A stretch of DNA of 64,000 nucleotides from the human T2T-CHM13v2.0 reference genome, Homo sapiens: assembly GCF_009914755.1 (NCBI RefSeq), contig NC_060938.1; one strand, 5' to 3'. The notes beneath the pieces were generated by a model. The model was not told the DNA's origin, did not search any database, and saw only the letters and a list, made by a program, of their open reading frames with translations. Shown here piece by piece: positions 27,115 to 45,723 of the stretch. A program made the position numbers and the translations under genes. Every line of letters begins with the position of its first letter. Position 1 is the stretch's first letter.

Positions 27115-27439
27115 TGATTTTCTCTTTCTTTGAAATATACTCAAAATGTTTATATTGGTTTCTAACTATAGATCATGAACTCCTGAAGCAAAGTAACCAC
27201 TTTGTTCTTCATTATTTCTTTCACTCTTCTACTCTGCACGGTGCCAGATATTGGATATGTAGGTGCCAAACATTTGCTTTTCTGATATCTTACATTTTAT
27301 TTCTTAAAAATCAGCCTAACCATGTTGTAGAGAGGGATGATTTCCTTCCTTTGTTTTGAAAATTTGTGCATGCCTAATGCTTATATTGTGCGGTTCAATG
27401 TTGCTTCAGCTTTTTTTTTTTTTTTTCTATTTTTGCCAG

Positions 27440-28390
27440 ACTTCCGAAACTCTTAAAACTTGTTTGTGGTCAGCACAGCAAAGAACACGCTTTAGCTTTT
27501 AAAAAATCTTTAACATGAAAAAAATGCACTGACATTGTTTTCAATGTAACATAGGCTAGAATTTGCCTATGTTTGCACATGCTGAGAATTGTCCCACGTG
27601 GCTGATGTGTTCACCTCTTCAGCTTGGACCTTGTTGTGAATTTATTTACAAATACCAATTGCCTTCAAGCCATCCTTTCTGCTGTATGTTTTGTAGCCTT
27701 CTATAGTAGATACACAACAGATAATGTGGAGAGAAAAGACATAAGAGGAGGACAGTAATGAGAGACGTTGTCAAGGTAGTAACCTTCTTGGTTTCTTTGA
27801 AGAATTTGTTGCCTTTCTACTGAGACAGCAAAGAAGCATTTTGTTACTGACCGCCTAAAACCACTCAATCTCAGGTGAATGCATCACTTGCCAAGCTGTT
27901 GGAATGCTATTTGTGTTTTGTTGCACAATTTTTTGGTTGTTTATTTGGTTGGCTTTTTGGAAGGTAAATTTGGAAAGGGGACCTACACAGCAGTGCTGAC
28001 CCACCCACATTCCCTTATTATCATTACAGACAAGAAGAAACTAGCAGAGCTAAGAATGGAGTGAAGAAAGGCAGTGTGATAAGCACCAGCAAAGAGTTGA
28101 GGGCTGTTGCTCTCTAAATTATTATTTGATTATTTTAAAAGTATGGAAGTTTTCTAGTCACTGAAGAAAGGAGGGGAAAGTGCACTTATTTTTATATGGA
28201 GTTACTTAACTACCTCCTAAACACATACGTGGCAATTGTTTTTGCTTGTGCAAAGTATTTTAATTAGCAAGAATTCATATATTGAGATTATAATTAGAGA
28301 GCTCAATTTATATATTTGCTATCCTGCTCAAGCCTGACATGGCAAAAAAAAAAAGTTCACTCCAAAATATATACCTTCAAAATAATAAAT
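27440..28390 (+). other. Candidate orphan terminal exon / 3'UTR of an unidentified gene
   Basis: Strong acceptor T16-ctatttttgccAG (AG 27438-27439); early stop (xAC TTC CGA AAC TCT TAA); TE-free AU-rich sequence; AATAAA at 28384. Confidence 0.35.
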
Positions 28391-28826
28391 ACTGGAAAGT
28401 TTGCTGTGATAACTATTTTGTACTTTTGTACAAAAAAGCTAAAGAACAAATTACCTAAAGAACAATTTGCTAAACATGAGAAATTGCTCCCTTTGAGTAT
28501 ATACAGGTAAGATAGGAAGAGTGTTCAGACCAGTAAATTATAGTTTATATTGAAGATAATAGACAGTTGACTCATAACAAATAACCAGCCTTCATGATAA
28601 CATTTCAGCATTTCCAAGGTACCAAGTGTACTGATTTTTAAAAATATATTTTAGAAGGAATTTAGAACTGGTATTTTTAATGAAGACTAGCATCTCTGAT
28701 GTTGCAACATGTATGTGAAATGGGTGTTACATCTATCCTGCCTTTTAACCCCACCGTTAACAAAGTGGCTAAAAATAACAGCAAGAAAAAATTAGTCTAA
28801 GGGAGAAAACCACTAATGCTCTCAAT

Positions 28827-28859
<33 letters not shown>

Positions 28860-28887
28860 GTGTGTGTGCGTTTGTGTGTGTGTGTGT
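28827..28887 (+). repeat. (TC)n(TG)n compound microsatellite
   Basis: Directly visible. Confidence 0.95.
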
Positions 28888-30364
28888 TAAGGGGGATGGT
28901 GGGAGGTGGTCTTAACTCTTGAAATAAACCTTCTTTGTATAGGAAGCATATTTCGGTTTAGGTACAATGATAAGAAAGATTAATTTTATAATCCATAAGA
29001 CCAGATACCTTCAGAAATGATTTTTCCTGTGGGATTTCTATGACTGGTATTCTGACTAGTGTGAAATGGCAGAATTGGATGTCTATATCTACACCCATCA
29101 AAACCTCACAGCTTCATGCACTGCTATAACTTTTCTGTTAACTCTGGGTAAATTAGGAGGCTGGTACAAGGAATAATTTTAACTTCAGATTTTACAGTTT
29201 GTTTATGTTAAGGGCAGAAAGATCTACTTTTCAACGATCTGTATTTTTAGATATTGACTTTTCCTGGTGCTATTTTATGATTATGAATAAAATAGAATTC
29301 TTATTAGAAATCTCAACTCCGAATTGAGAATAGATGTTTTGATACTTGTCCTGCTGTGGCCTGAGACTTGGAATCATGAAATATAAGAGACCTTGCTGTT
29401 TATCTACAGATTAGAACACACAAATAAACATCAGCGTAACATCCTCATTAGCATTCTGGTAGTTACATTTACTTATTCCAGAGCCAAATTAATATATGAT
29501 AAGAAGTGGAATATTTTCTGTTAATATCTAGGGTATTATGACAACAACCTTCCTTAGAAAAGAAACAGTGTATTATGAGGACAGTGGATGCTACAACATT
29601 ATTTGCCTTCAAGGCATTGCAAAAAACTGGAATCAATTGAATAACCTTCTCAAGCACAAGCCAATAGTGAAATGAAAGTCATTTATCTGTAACAGCAGGC
29701 AAGAGCTTCATTGGTACACTCGGAAGGTGTCTCACTAACCCTGCTGAAGTTTTCCTCCATCTGATCAGGGCATAAATGTTTCATTGGCCCAATAACCAAG
29801 GTCTTAGAGTTTCACAGTGTTTTCTCTCCAATAGCTAATAGAGGGAGCATTGCTGACATTCTGCCCATGGTTGCCAAGGCTGAAATCAAACGTGCTTTGA
29901 ATAACACTATAAAAACTTTGCAATTAACCTTTGCCGTTGGAACCAACGTTCAACTGTGGGCTCTATACAAAGCCGCTTAAGGTAGGAGGGAGCAAACTTT
30001 TCAAGTTGGTTTTAGGTAACAGAAACAGACGTCTTTATTGGATTTGTCTGGAAAAAAAGGAAGGAAAATCCCAACATTATCTGTTCTGGTCCAGAAGTAT
30101 AAGGCTCAGTCCCGTTTTATTTTTCTCCTTCTCCTTTGGATCCTTTTTCCTTATTCCTGACTCTATACATGGAGAAAAAGTTCAAGTGCATCTAAAACAG
30201 TAATTCTGGGAACTTGCCAACTTATTCCCATGATGCTACTATTGTTTATAAAGCATTTGGAAGATTCTTGTATTCAGAGCTAGTGATAAGCCACAAGAGG
30301 AAGTCAGTCTTGCTGGTGTATAGCTGCATTTTGGGCCCATGTATAGAAGAGCTAACATGGATTT

Positions 30365-30520
30365 CAGAGTCTCCCAGGTGTTTGAAATCCAGGCTCTGCT
30401 CTCAGGACCTGTGAGGTCTTAGATAAGTTGCTCAATCTCTTTGAGCCTCAGTTTTCTGAGTACAATGGCACATACCTTACAGGACTGCAGTGTGGATGAA
30501 TTGCGATGATATGTATGATT
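30365..30520 (+). mobile_element. MIR
   Basis: 'gataagttgctcaatctctttgagcctcagttttctg'. Confidence 0.7.
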
Positions 30521-30672
30521 CCAGCTCAGGGTCTTCTTTCCTTCCTTTTTTCTTCCCTGCCAGGAGGAAAGCAAGGCAGGACAGCAGAGCGGGAAGTGAT
30601 GCCCGTGGAGGCCACTTTTGGGCTGGAGCTTGCTCAAGGCACTTTAGTGCTGAGTCATTTGGGGCCCAAGGT

Positions 30673-30929
30673 AGGGGCAGATAGAAGAGAAGGAGGGCAG
30701 TTATCGCCTAATCACAGGGACAGATAGAAGAGAAGGAGGGCAGTTATCGCCTAGTCACAGGGGCAGATAGAAGAGAAGGACGGCAGTTATCACCTAGTCA
30801 CAGGGGCAGATAGAAGAGAAGGAGGGCAGTTATCGCCTAGTCACAGGGGCAGATAGAAGAGAAGGAGGGCAGTTATTGCCTAGTAACAGGGACAGATAGA
30901 AGAGAAGGACGGCAGTTATCGCCTAGTCA
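30673..30929. repeat. Minisatellite, 6 x 43 bp
   Basis: Unit aggggcagatagaagagaaggagggcagttatcgcctagtcac; 0-2 differences per unit. Confidence 0.98.
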
Positions 30930-31539
30930 GGAGTTTAACAATCTCTATTTCCTTTCAAACCTCGTTTGACTTCCATTCCAGTCAAATTCACAGGCAATTA
31001 AACTTCCTCCTGCATCTTGGAGCAGGCCTCTGCATCATCATTTCTCCTCTGCAAGTGTATCTTCTTCGGGCACGTGAGAAGGTCTTAGTGCAACTGCGGT
31101 ATTTAGGGACTTGATCCTCTTTCCTCTTTATTGTCAAAGTTGTGGCTTGCCGAAGTCAGGACAGAGTCTGGTTATGACATGTTAGCAATCGTCACATCTC
31201 ATTTTTAAGTAAGTATACTTTTATGCAGTTTGAGCTCTCATTCTTGTCATTTATTAATTTGTTCGTTCGTTAACACATTCATTTGTGGAGCATTTGGCCT
31301 ATAAAAGAGATGAAACCCTTCCTTACCATTAAGGGAGGAGAGAAAACAAAATGCACAGAGACACATGCTTGGTTTTGTATAACTTTGACGGTTTCTAAAA
31401 TAAAATAAGGTCTAACTTGGAAAATCAAAACCTATCACTGAGATATTTTCATAATCTAAAAAGTCAGTTTCAAAAGAACTTCCAAAATGTTTTAAAAAAT
31501 GACTATCCTTTAGAATAATGATGTAGCATTCCAAGGTTT

Positions 31540-31835
31540 TAGTGTTCAACCAGCATTTATTACCACCTGCTGGGTTCCTGAGGCAGGACATTTGTAATGA
31601 GAGCCACAAACATGAATTGAAAAACTGCTGCCCATAGTTTCACAGTTCCTGTCAAAGCATAGAGCCCCTTGTAGACAGAGCCCCCTGTATAAGATGCCCT
31701 GTGTTCTGGGCTAGAGGATACACTAGGTCTGCAGATATATCTGGTAGGCAGAACAGGAAAGGTGTCACTGAGGAGGTGCTATTTGAGTTAGTTGTGAAAA
31801 ATGAGTACGGGTTTATGAGGCAGATATGAGAGGCA
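31540..31835 (-). mobile_element. L2 fragment
   Basis: 'ttcaaccagcatttattaccacctgct...gtcactgaggaggtgctatttgag'. Confidence 0.55.
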
Positions 31836-32899
31836 CTTTGTTGAAGTTACAACTCCTACCAGGTACTCGTTTGAATTTTCTGTTTCATTTGCTCTTTGGA
31901 GGTTGCTTGTTGGTACACTTACCTCTTCTATGCCAGTCTTAAAAGAGAGGAGTGTGTGTGTGTGTGTGTCTGTGTTCAGTATTTTTCGCAGAGTTTCTTT
32001 GTGTTTCCAAGCTTACTTTAGAGCTGAAGCTTGTCAGAGTTCTCATAACAAATTCATGATTGAACTAAATTCCAACCTGCCGCCTCTGGCGTTGGAGTCT
32101 TACGGCACCTCAATGCATTCATGGGGTGTGCTCTACCCTCTACCTTCGTGATTTATTTAAAGACCAAATCATAATGAATAACATTTCTTAGGCTTAAACC
32201 GATAGCAGGGGTAGGAAATAGTTCAAACCTTCTGACTTACATGAACAAATACAATCTTCAAAAACTACTGTTTTCTAATCTGCATGAATGTACTGAACTC
32301 GTTGCCACCTTCATGTAAATGTGATGTATCAAAAGTGCTTTGTAAACTGTTAAATTCCAATGTTGATATTGTTATAGATATACCTTATTAAATACTGGAT
32401 AATGATTTTATAAGCTACAGGGTGTTTAACTGTGAAATTATTCTAAAATATGTAGAAAAAATTTGGAATAATCTTCCCATTTTGAACACAATTATTGGTT
32501 TTAAAGTTCCCTTGATTTATATGTTTGTATACTGAGGATTCTCAATTGAGTGAACTAGTGTCTTTGCAATATAGTAAGATTTTGGTACAGTTTTTAATCT
32601 ATCAAGGAAAAGGCTAGATAAGTAGGATCTCATTTGTTTCATGGACCATTATTTGAAGGATGATTTAAGACCATAGGAAATACTGACTCACCTTTTCTAA
32701 AAAGACAACTGATTTTCTTATGCTTTTAAGTTCAAATTTATCTTGTCTCCTTTTGATTAATTAAAACAACAGTTATCAAAAACCTTAACAGAAAATATTA
32801 TTTATTGAATCAGAAGAGAAACAGGAAATACTGTGCTTTCTTGAGCCTGTTTCCTATACCCCAATATCATAAGAATTGTTGTTGCTTCTATAATGTTCA

Positions 32900-35125
32900 G
32901 CTGCAAATTATTTTGCTTGATCAATCAAAATGAATTACCTGAATTTTCTCCTCTTGTTCAAAATGGAACCACATTCATCCACCTACCCCTAGCCCTAGGA
33001 CTGTTCCTTTCATTCCGATAGTTTGTGATATCCTTGACTTCACAGCAGAAAGCTGTGAGTCTCCCAAACCCCTTCACTCAGGTCCCGTGGGGCCTGCCCT
33101 CTAAAGTCTCTTCAGTCTTCTTTCTTTGAATGTTCATGGCCACCTTGTCGTTTAGACTCTTATCCCTGACTGTAAGAGATCTCTCGGGTCTTCCTGCCTG
33201 TGGCCATGCCTAATTTGTACCCTTCCTAAAATGTGATGTGATCATGTCACTGCCTTGCTTAGAAGATCTGCACTGGCGTCCAACACGTGCAGAATCAAGT
33301 GCTTGCTGTTTAACATGGTCTACGCAGTCCTCCAGATTCTGGCTTCCCGTTATTTTCTCAGCCTCAGAAAAGCACCTCGCTCTCCAAACATATCAAATAG
33401 CTTGTGCCCTCCTGCCTCCTGTTCACACCTCCATTCCTTCCCCTCTACCTGGATGCTCCTCCCTTCATGCGCCCCCCCCCCCCCCCGCTGTAAGCTCCCA
33501 TGGATTCACTGGTTCTTGAGTGTTTTATTGCACTTTGGACCTCCCGTCTCTCACTCCTGGCTTCTGTCTGTCTACCTGTCTTGACCGGCCATTTGCACTG
33601 CCTCTGGCTTATCTGCCTCATTCTGCTCGACAGTGTTATTTGTTAGCTTCATATCTACTGGTTCTCTCAATTATTTCTCAGCCTCCCCACACCAGGCTCC
33701 TTGCCCCATATTTATAAGCTGCTATTGGCTTGAGGGTGACTGTGCCTTTCTAATAAAACTATTTTATAGACTGATAGTTACAAGGGTATAGTAGAAAAGA
33801 AATGAATCTACCTTTGAGTGTATTTCACCATATCTAGTGATCCATGAATATTTCTTCTTATTATTATCATTATTGTTATTTTTAAATAGACGATCAGGGA
33901 AGGCAGAGTCTAGGCCACCAATGTGATCTTAGGCTTTCATCTTTATTAAGATATTTGGGATCTCTGCAAGTATTATGAATTTTAAATGGCATTCAATGAT
34001 TTGATAAAATAGGAAATTTGTTTTACTCTGAACTGGGTAACGTTTCAGCAACTGGCTACTGTGTCATTATTTCTATAAATTCAAAATGTAGAAGGAACAT
34101 TTACCTTTTAACCGTTCTCAACCGTTTTTCTAGGTGCACTCATGCCTCTGTGATCTCATGAAGCCCAATGGCATTAAATTCCATGTATATGTGCATGGTC
34201 CATGAACACATATTTCCAGCTCCTACCTCTCCTCTAAAATTTAGACTCATATCTAATTATCTGCTGATTATCACCACTTGGAAGACTAATAGACAACTCA
34301 ACTATCACACATCCATAAGGGAATTCTTGATCCTCCACCTTCAACCCCTGGGCCCAACACTCCTCCGTCGTGTCCGTCTCAGTAAATAGCACTTCCAGTG
34401 TACCAGCCATTAGGCCAGAAAACTTGTCTTGACCCCTCTTTGTTTCTTACACCTCATATCGGCATACACTGTTGAACTGTATTAAGAATCTGAGCTTCCC
34501 TTGCCACACCCATTATGTACACCCTGCTTCACTTTACGTCATTGCTTTCATGGATTATGAAAATAGCCTCCTAACTCCTCTCCCACTTTCTCTTTCTCCC
34601 TGTACTTTGTTCTTCACTGAGCAACCAGAGTAAGTCCTTATTTATTTTTTTTTTGAGACGGAGTCTCCTCTGTCGCCCAGGCTGGAGTGCAGTGGTGCAA
34701 TCTGGGTTCACTACAACCTCTAACTCCTGGGTTCAAGTGATTCTCCTGCCTCAGCCTCCCAAGTAGCTGGGACTACAGGCATGCACAACCAAGCCTGGCT
34801 AATTTTTGTGTTTTTAATAGAGATGGGGTTTTGCCATGTTGGCCAGGCAGGTCTCAAACTCCTGACCTCAGGTGATCCAGAGTAAGTCTTTTCAAAGCAT
34901 AAGGCAAATAATGTTTTCATCTGCTTAAAACCTTCCATGGCTAGGAATGTTTTAAACCATCTTGTCCCCTGAAACTTCTCTGATGTCTAGTCCAGTCAGT
35001 CTCCCCTCTATTTTGCAATCTTCAAAGACACCAGGCAGTTGTGCTGCTGCCTCAGGGCCTTTGCATGTGTGGTCCCCTTTGCTTGGAATGCTTTCTCATC
35101 AGGAATCAGCATGGCTTACTTCCTC
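32900..35125 (+). mobile_element. Two decayed L2 tracts (~32900-33470 and ~34120-35125)
   Basis: 'tgatcatgtcactgccttgcttagaagatct', 'tcaccacttggaagactaatagacaactcaac', 'gcctcagggcctttgcatgtg'. Confidence 0.65.
34639..34878 (-). mobile_element. 5'-truncated AluS
   Basis: TSD ccagagtaagtc at 34625-34636 and 34877-34888. Confidence 0.93.
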
Positions 35126-36083
35126 TCTTTTATATATTTTTATTTTATTTTATTATTATTATACTATAAGTTTTAGGGTACATGTACACAACGTGCAGGT
35201 TTGTTACATATGTATACATGTGCCATGTTGGTGTGCTGCACCCATTAACTCATCATTTAGCATTAGGTATATCTCCTAATGCTATCCCTGCCCCCTTCCC
35301 CTAACCCACAACAGTCCATGGTGTGTGATGTTCCTCTTCCTGTGTCCATGTGTTCTCATTGTTCAATTCCCACCTATGAGTGAGAACATGCGGTGTTTGG
35401 ATTTTTGTCCTTGCGCTAGTGTGCTGAGAATGATGGTTTCCAGTTTCATCCATGTCCCTACAAAGGACATGAACTCATCATTTTTTATGGCTGCATAGTA
35501 TTCCATGGTGTATATGTGCCACATTTTCTTAATCCAGTCTATCGTTGTTGGACATTCAGGTTGGATCCAAGTCTTTGCTATTGTGAATAATGCCACAATA
35601 AAAATACATGTGCATGTGTCTTTATAGCAGCATGATTTGTAATCCTTGGGGTATATACCCAGTAATGCGATGGCTGTGTCAAATGGTATTTCTAGTTATA
35701 GATCCTTGAGGAATCGCCACACTGACTTCCACAATGGTTGAACTAGTTTACAGTCCCACCAACAGTGTAAAAGTGTTCCTATTTCTCCACATCCTCTCCA
35801 GCACCTGTTGTTTCCTGACTTTTTAATGATCGCCATTCTAACTGGTGTGAGATGGTATCTCATTGTGGTTTTGATTTGCATTTCTCTGATGGCCAGTGAT
35901 GATGAGCATTTTTTCATGTGTTTTTTGGCTGCATAAATGTCTTCTTTTGAGAAGTGTCTGTTCATATCCTTCGCCCACTTTTGATGGGGTTGTTTGTTTT
36001 TTCTTGTTGATTTGTTTGAGTTTATTGTTGATTCTGGATATTAGCCCTTTGTCAGATGAGTAGGTTGCAAAAACTTTCTCTCA

Positions 36084-36408
<325 letters not shown>

Positions 36409-36663
36409 TCACCATTTCTTGTTTTTCTCAGGTTTGTCAAAGATCAGATAGTTGTAGATATGCGGCATTATTTCTGAGGGATCTGTTCTGTTCCAGTGGT
36501 CTACATCTCTGTTTTGGTACCAGTACAATGCTGCTTTGGTTATTGGGTACTGTAGCCTTGTAGTATAGTTTGAAGTCAGGTACTGTGATGCCTCCAGCTT
36601 TGTTCTTTTGGCTTAGGATTGACTTGGAGATGCCAGCTCTTTTTTGGTTCCAAATGAACTTTA

Positions 36664-37201
<538 letters not shown>

Positions 37202-37204
37202 CTA

Positions 37205-37492
<288 letters not shown>

Positions 37493-37495
37493 TTA

Positions 37496-37696
<201 letters not shown>

Positions 37697-37699
37697 TCA

Positions 37700-37843
<144 letters not shown>

Positions 37844-38064
37844 TTATTGTTCTATTCAGAGATTCAGCTCCTTCCTGGTTTAGTCTTGGGAGGATGTATG
37901 TGTCGAGGAATTTATCCATTTCTTCTAGATTTTCTAGTTTATTTGTGTAGGGCTGTTTAAAGTATTCTCTGATGGTAGTTTGTATTTCTGTGGGATCAGG
38001 GGAGATATCCCTTTATCATTTTTTATTGCGTCTATTTGATTCTTCTCTCTTTTCTTCTTTATTA

Positions 38065-38457
<393 letters not shown>

Positions 38458-39347
38458 CTATGTAGTTGAGTGGTTTTGAGTGAGTTTCTTAATCCTGAGT
38501 TCTGACTTGATTGCACGGTGGTGTGAGAGACAGTTTGTTATAATTTCTGTTCTTTTACGTTTGCTGAGGAATGCTTACTTCCAATTATGTACTCAATTTT
38601 GTAATAGGTGTGGTGTGGTGCTGAAAAGAATGTATATTCTGTTGATTTGAGGTGGAGAGTTTTGTAGATGTCTATTAGGTCCGCTTGGTGCAGAGCTGAC
38701 TTCAATTCCTGGGTATCCTTGTTAACTTTCTGTCTGATTGATCTGTCTAATGTTGACAGTAGGGTATTAAAATCTCCCATTATTATTGTGTGGGAGTCTA
38801 AGTCCCTTTGTATGTCATTAAGGACTTGCTTTATGAATCTGGGTGATCTGGTATTGGGTGCATATATATTTAGGATAGTTAGCTCCTCTTGTTGAATTGA
38901 TCCTTTACCATTATCTAATGGCCTTCTTTGTCTCTTTTGATCTTTGTTGGTTTAAAGTCTGTTTTATGAGAGACTAGGATTGCAACCCCTGCCTTTTTTT
39001 GTTTTCCATTTGCTTGGTCGATATTCCTCCATCCCTTTATTTTGAGACTATGTTTGTCTCTGCACATGAGATGGGTTTCCTGAGTACAGCACACTGATGG
39101 GTCTTGACTCTTTATCCAATTTGCCAGTCTGTGCCTTATAATTGGAGCATATAGCCCATTTACCTTTAAGGTTAATATAGTTATGTGTGAATTTGATCCT
39201 GTCATTAAGATGTCAGCTGGTTATTTTGCTCGTTAGTTGATGCAGTTTCTTTGTAGCCTCGATGGTCTTTACAATTTGGCATGTTTTTGCAGTGGCTGGT
39301 ACCACTTGTTCCTTTCCATGTTTAGCGCTTCTTTAAGGAGCTCTTTT

Positions 39348-42586
<3,239 letters not shown>

Positions 42587-43628
42587 TTAAGGAGCTCTTT
42601 TAGGGCAGGCCTGTTGGAGACAAAATCTCTCAGCATTTGCGTGTCTGTAAAGTATTTTATTTCTACTTCATTTATGAAGCTTAGTTTGGTTGGATATGAA
42701 ATTCTGGGTTGAAAATTCTTTTCTTTAAGAATGTTGAATATTGGCCCCCAGATGTTAGTCTGATTGGCTTCCCTTTGTGGGTCACCCAACCTTTCTCTCA
42801 GGCTGCCCTTAACATTTTTTCATTCATTTAAACTTTGGTGAATCTGACAATTATGTGTCTTGGAGTTGCTATTCTCGAGGAGTACCTTTGTGGCCTTCTA
42901 TGTATTTTCTGAATTTGAATGTTGGCCTGCCTTGCTAGATTGGGGAAGTTCTCCTGGATAATATCCTGCAGAGTGTTTTCCAATTTGGTTCCATTCTACC
43001 CGTCACTTTCAGGTACACCAATCAGACATAGATTTGGTCTTTTTACATAGTCCCATATTTCTTGGAGGCTCTGTTCATTTCTTTTTATTCTTTTTTGCTA
43101 AACTTCTCTTCTCACTTCATTTCATTCCTTTTGTCTTCCATCACTGATACCCTTTATTCTGGTTGATCGCATCGGCTACTGAGGTTTCTGCATTCATCAC
43201 GTAGTTCTCATGCCTTGGTTTTCAGCTCCATCAGGTCCTTTAAGGACTTCTCTGCATTGGTTATTCTAGTGATCCATTCATCTATTTTTTTTTCAAAGTT
43301 TTTATCTTCTTTGCCATTGGTTCGAATCTCCTCCTGTAGCTCAGAGAAGTTTGATCATCTGAAGCCTTCTTCTCTCAACTCATCGAAGTCATTCTCCATC
43401 CAGCTTTGTTCCATTGCTGGTGAGGAGCTGTGTTCCTTTGGAGGTGGAGAGGTGTTCTGAAGTTTAGAGTTTCCAGTTTTTCTGCTCTATTTGTTTCCCA
43501 TCTTTGTGGTTTTATCTAACTTGGGCTTTGATGATGGTGATGTACAGATGGGTTTTTGGTGTGAATGTCCTTTCTGTTTGTTAGTTTTCCTTCTAACAGT
43601 CGGTACCCTCAGCTGCAGGTCTGTTGGA

Positions 43629-43757
43629 GTTTACTGGAGGTCCATTCAAGACCCTGTTTGCCTGCTTATCAGCAGCTCTCACTGCAGAACAGCGGATATT
43701 GGTGAACCACAGATGCTGCTGCCTGATTGTTCCTCTGGAAATTTTGTCTCAAAAGAG
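43629..43757 (-). promoter_or_regulatory. 129-bp L1 5'UTR segment containing the ZNF93 binding region (lost in later L1PA3/L1PA2/L1HS)
   Basis: Extra sequence between ctgttggag and taccaggctgtgtgagg relative to the recalled L1HS 5'UTR. Confidence 0.75.
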
Positions 43758-44745
43758 TACCAGGCTGTGTGAGGTTTCAGTCCAACCATACTGGGGGGTG
43801 CCTCCCAGTTAGGCTACTCAGGAGTCAGAGACCCACTTGAGGAGGCAGTCTGTCCATTCTCAGATCTCAAGCTGCAAGCTGGGAGAACCACTACACTCTT
43901 CAAAGCTGTCAGAGAGGGATATTTAAGTCTGCAGCGGTTACTGCTGTCTTTTTGTTTGTCTGTGCCCTGTCCCCAGAGGTGGAGCCTACAGAGGCAGGCA
44001 GGCCTCCTTGAGCTGTGGTGGGCTCCACCCAGTTCCCGCTTCCTGGCCACTTTGTTTACCTACTCATGCCTTAGCAATGGCGGGCGTACCTCCCCCAGCC
44101 TCACTGCCACTTTGCAGTTTCATCTTAGACTGCTGTGCTAGCAATGAGTGAGGCTCTGTGGACGTAGGACTCTCTGAGCCAGGTGCAGGATATAATCTCC
44201 TGGTGTGACATTTTTTAAGCCTGTTGGAAAAGTGCAGTGTTAGGTTGGGAGTGACCCGATTTTCCAGATGCCATCTGTCACCACTTTCTTTGACTAGGAA
44301 AGGGAATTCCCTGAACCCTTGCACTTCGCTGGTGAGGCAATGCCTTGCCCTGCTTCGGCTCATGCATGGTGCACTGCACCCACTGTCCTGCACCTACTGT
44401 CTGGCACTCCGCAGTGAGTTGAACCTGGTACCTCAGTTGGAAATGCAGAAATCACCCATCTTCTGCGTCACTCACACTGGGAGCTGTAGAGCGGAGCTGT
44501 TCCTATTCGGCCTTCTTGGCTCCTCCCCCCCACATTCATTTTAAGGATAAATAATATTCTGTTGTGTGTATATACCATATTTTCTTTGTCTGTTTGACTC
44601 TTAGAAGATATCTGGATTTCTTTTTAAATTTTTTACTGTAAATGATGCTGCTATAAAATTTGGTTTGAAAGTATCAGTGCAGAAGTGAATAAAATTTTAA
44701 AACCTGAACACATTTCTGCATGCACTTCTTAGATTGAATAATGGA

Positions 44746-44946
44746 GTCCAGGCATGGTGGCTCACACTTGTAATCCCAAAACTTTGGGAGGCTGAGGCAG
44801 GCTGATCACTTAAGCTCAGGAGTTCAAGACCAGCCATGGAAACATGGCAAAACTCCATCTCTACTAAAAATTCAAAAATTGTCTGGGCATTGTGGTGCTT
44901 GCTTGTAGTCCCAGCTATTTGGGAGACTGAGGCACAAGGATCACTT
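44746..44946 (+). mobile_element. 3'-truncated Alu
   Basis: Left arm and part of right arm; ends at ggatcactt with no tail. Confidence 0.85.
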
Positions 44947-45723
44947 AATTTTCATTTCTCTAACTATCATTGATGCTGAGCTTTTTCTCATACACTTCTT
45001 GGCCTCATGTATGTCTTCTTTCGAAAACTGTCCGTTGTCTTTGCCCACTTTTTAATGGGGTTGTTTTTCTTTTGTAAATTTAAGTTCCTTATAGATGCTA
45101 GATATTAGACCTTTGTTAGATGGATAGTTTACAAATTTTTTTTCCACTCCATAGGTTTTCTGTTTACTCTGTTAATAGTTTTTTTTCTGCTATGCAAAAT
45201 CTCTTTACTTTAATTAAATCCTACTTGTTAATTTTTGCTTTTCTTGCTGTTGCTTTTGGTCTTTCTATCATGAAATCTTTGCCCATTCCTATATCCAGGA
45301 TGGTATTGCCTGGATTGTCTTTCATGGTTTTTATACATAAAGATTTTATATTTAAGTCTTTAATCAGTCTTGAGTTGATTTTTTTTTTTGTATATGATAT
45401 AAATAAGGGGTCCAGCTTCAATCTTCCACATGTTGCCAGCCAATTATTCCAGCACCACTTATTGAATAAATAATCTTTTTCTCACTGCTTGTTTTTGTCA
45501 GCCTTGTCAATTATCACATGGCATAGATGTGCAGCCTTGTTTCTGGGCTCTCTATTCTGCTCCATTTGTCTATGTGTCTGTTTTTGTATCAGTGTTATGC
45601 TGTTTTCGTTACTATAGCCCTGTAGTGTAATTTGAAGCCAGGCAACCTGATGCCTGCAGCTTTGTTCTTTTTTGCTTAGGATTGCCTTGGCTATGTGTGC
45701 TCCTTTTTGGTTTCATATATATA

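Noticed and set aside
27411-28354. Retrocopy or inverted-repeat element bounded by T16 and A11 (tttttgcca / tggcaaaaa)
   Set aside because: No TSD, no poly(A) signal at the right distance from either run, and the 9-bp inverted match is low complexity
30673-30929. CRISPR array
   Set aside because: Head-to-tail repeats without spacers in mammalian DNA
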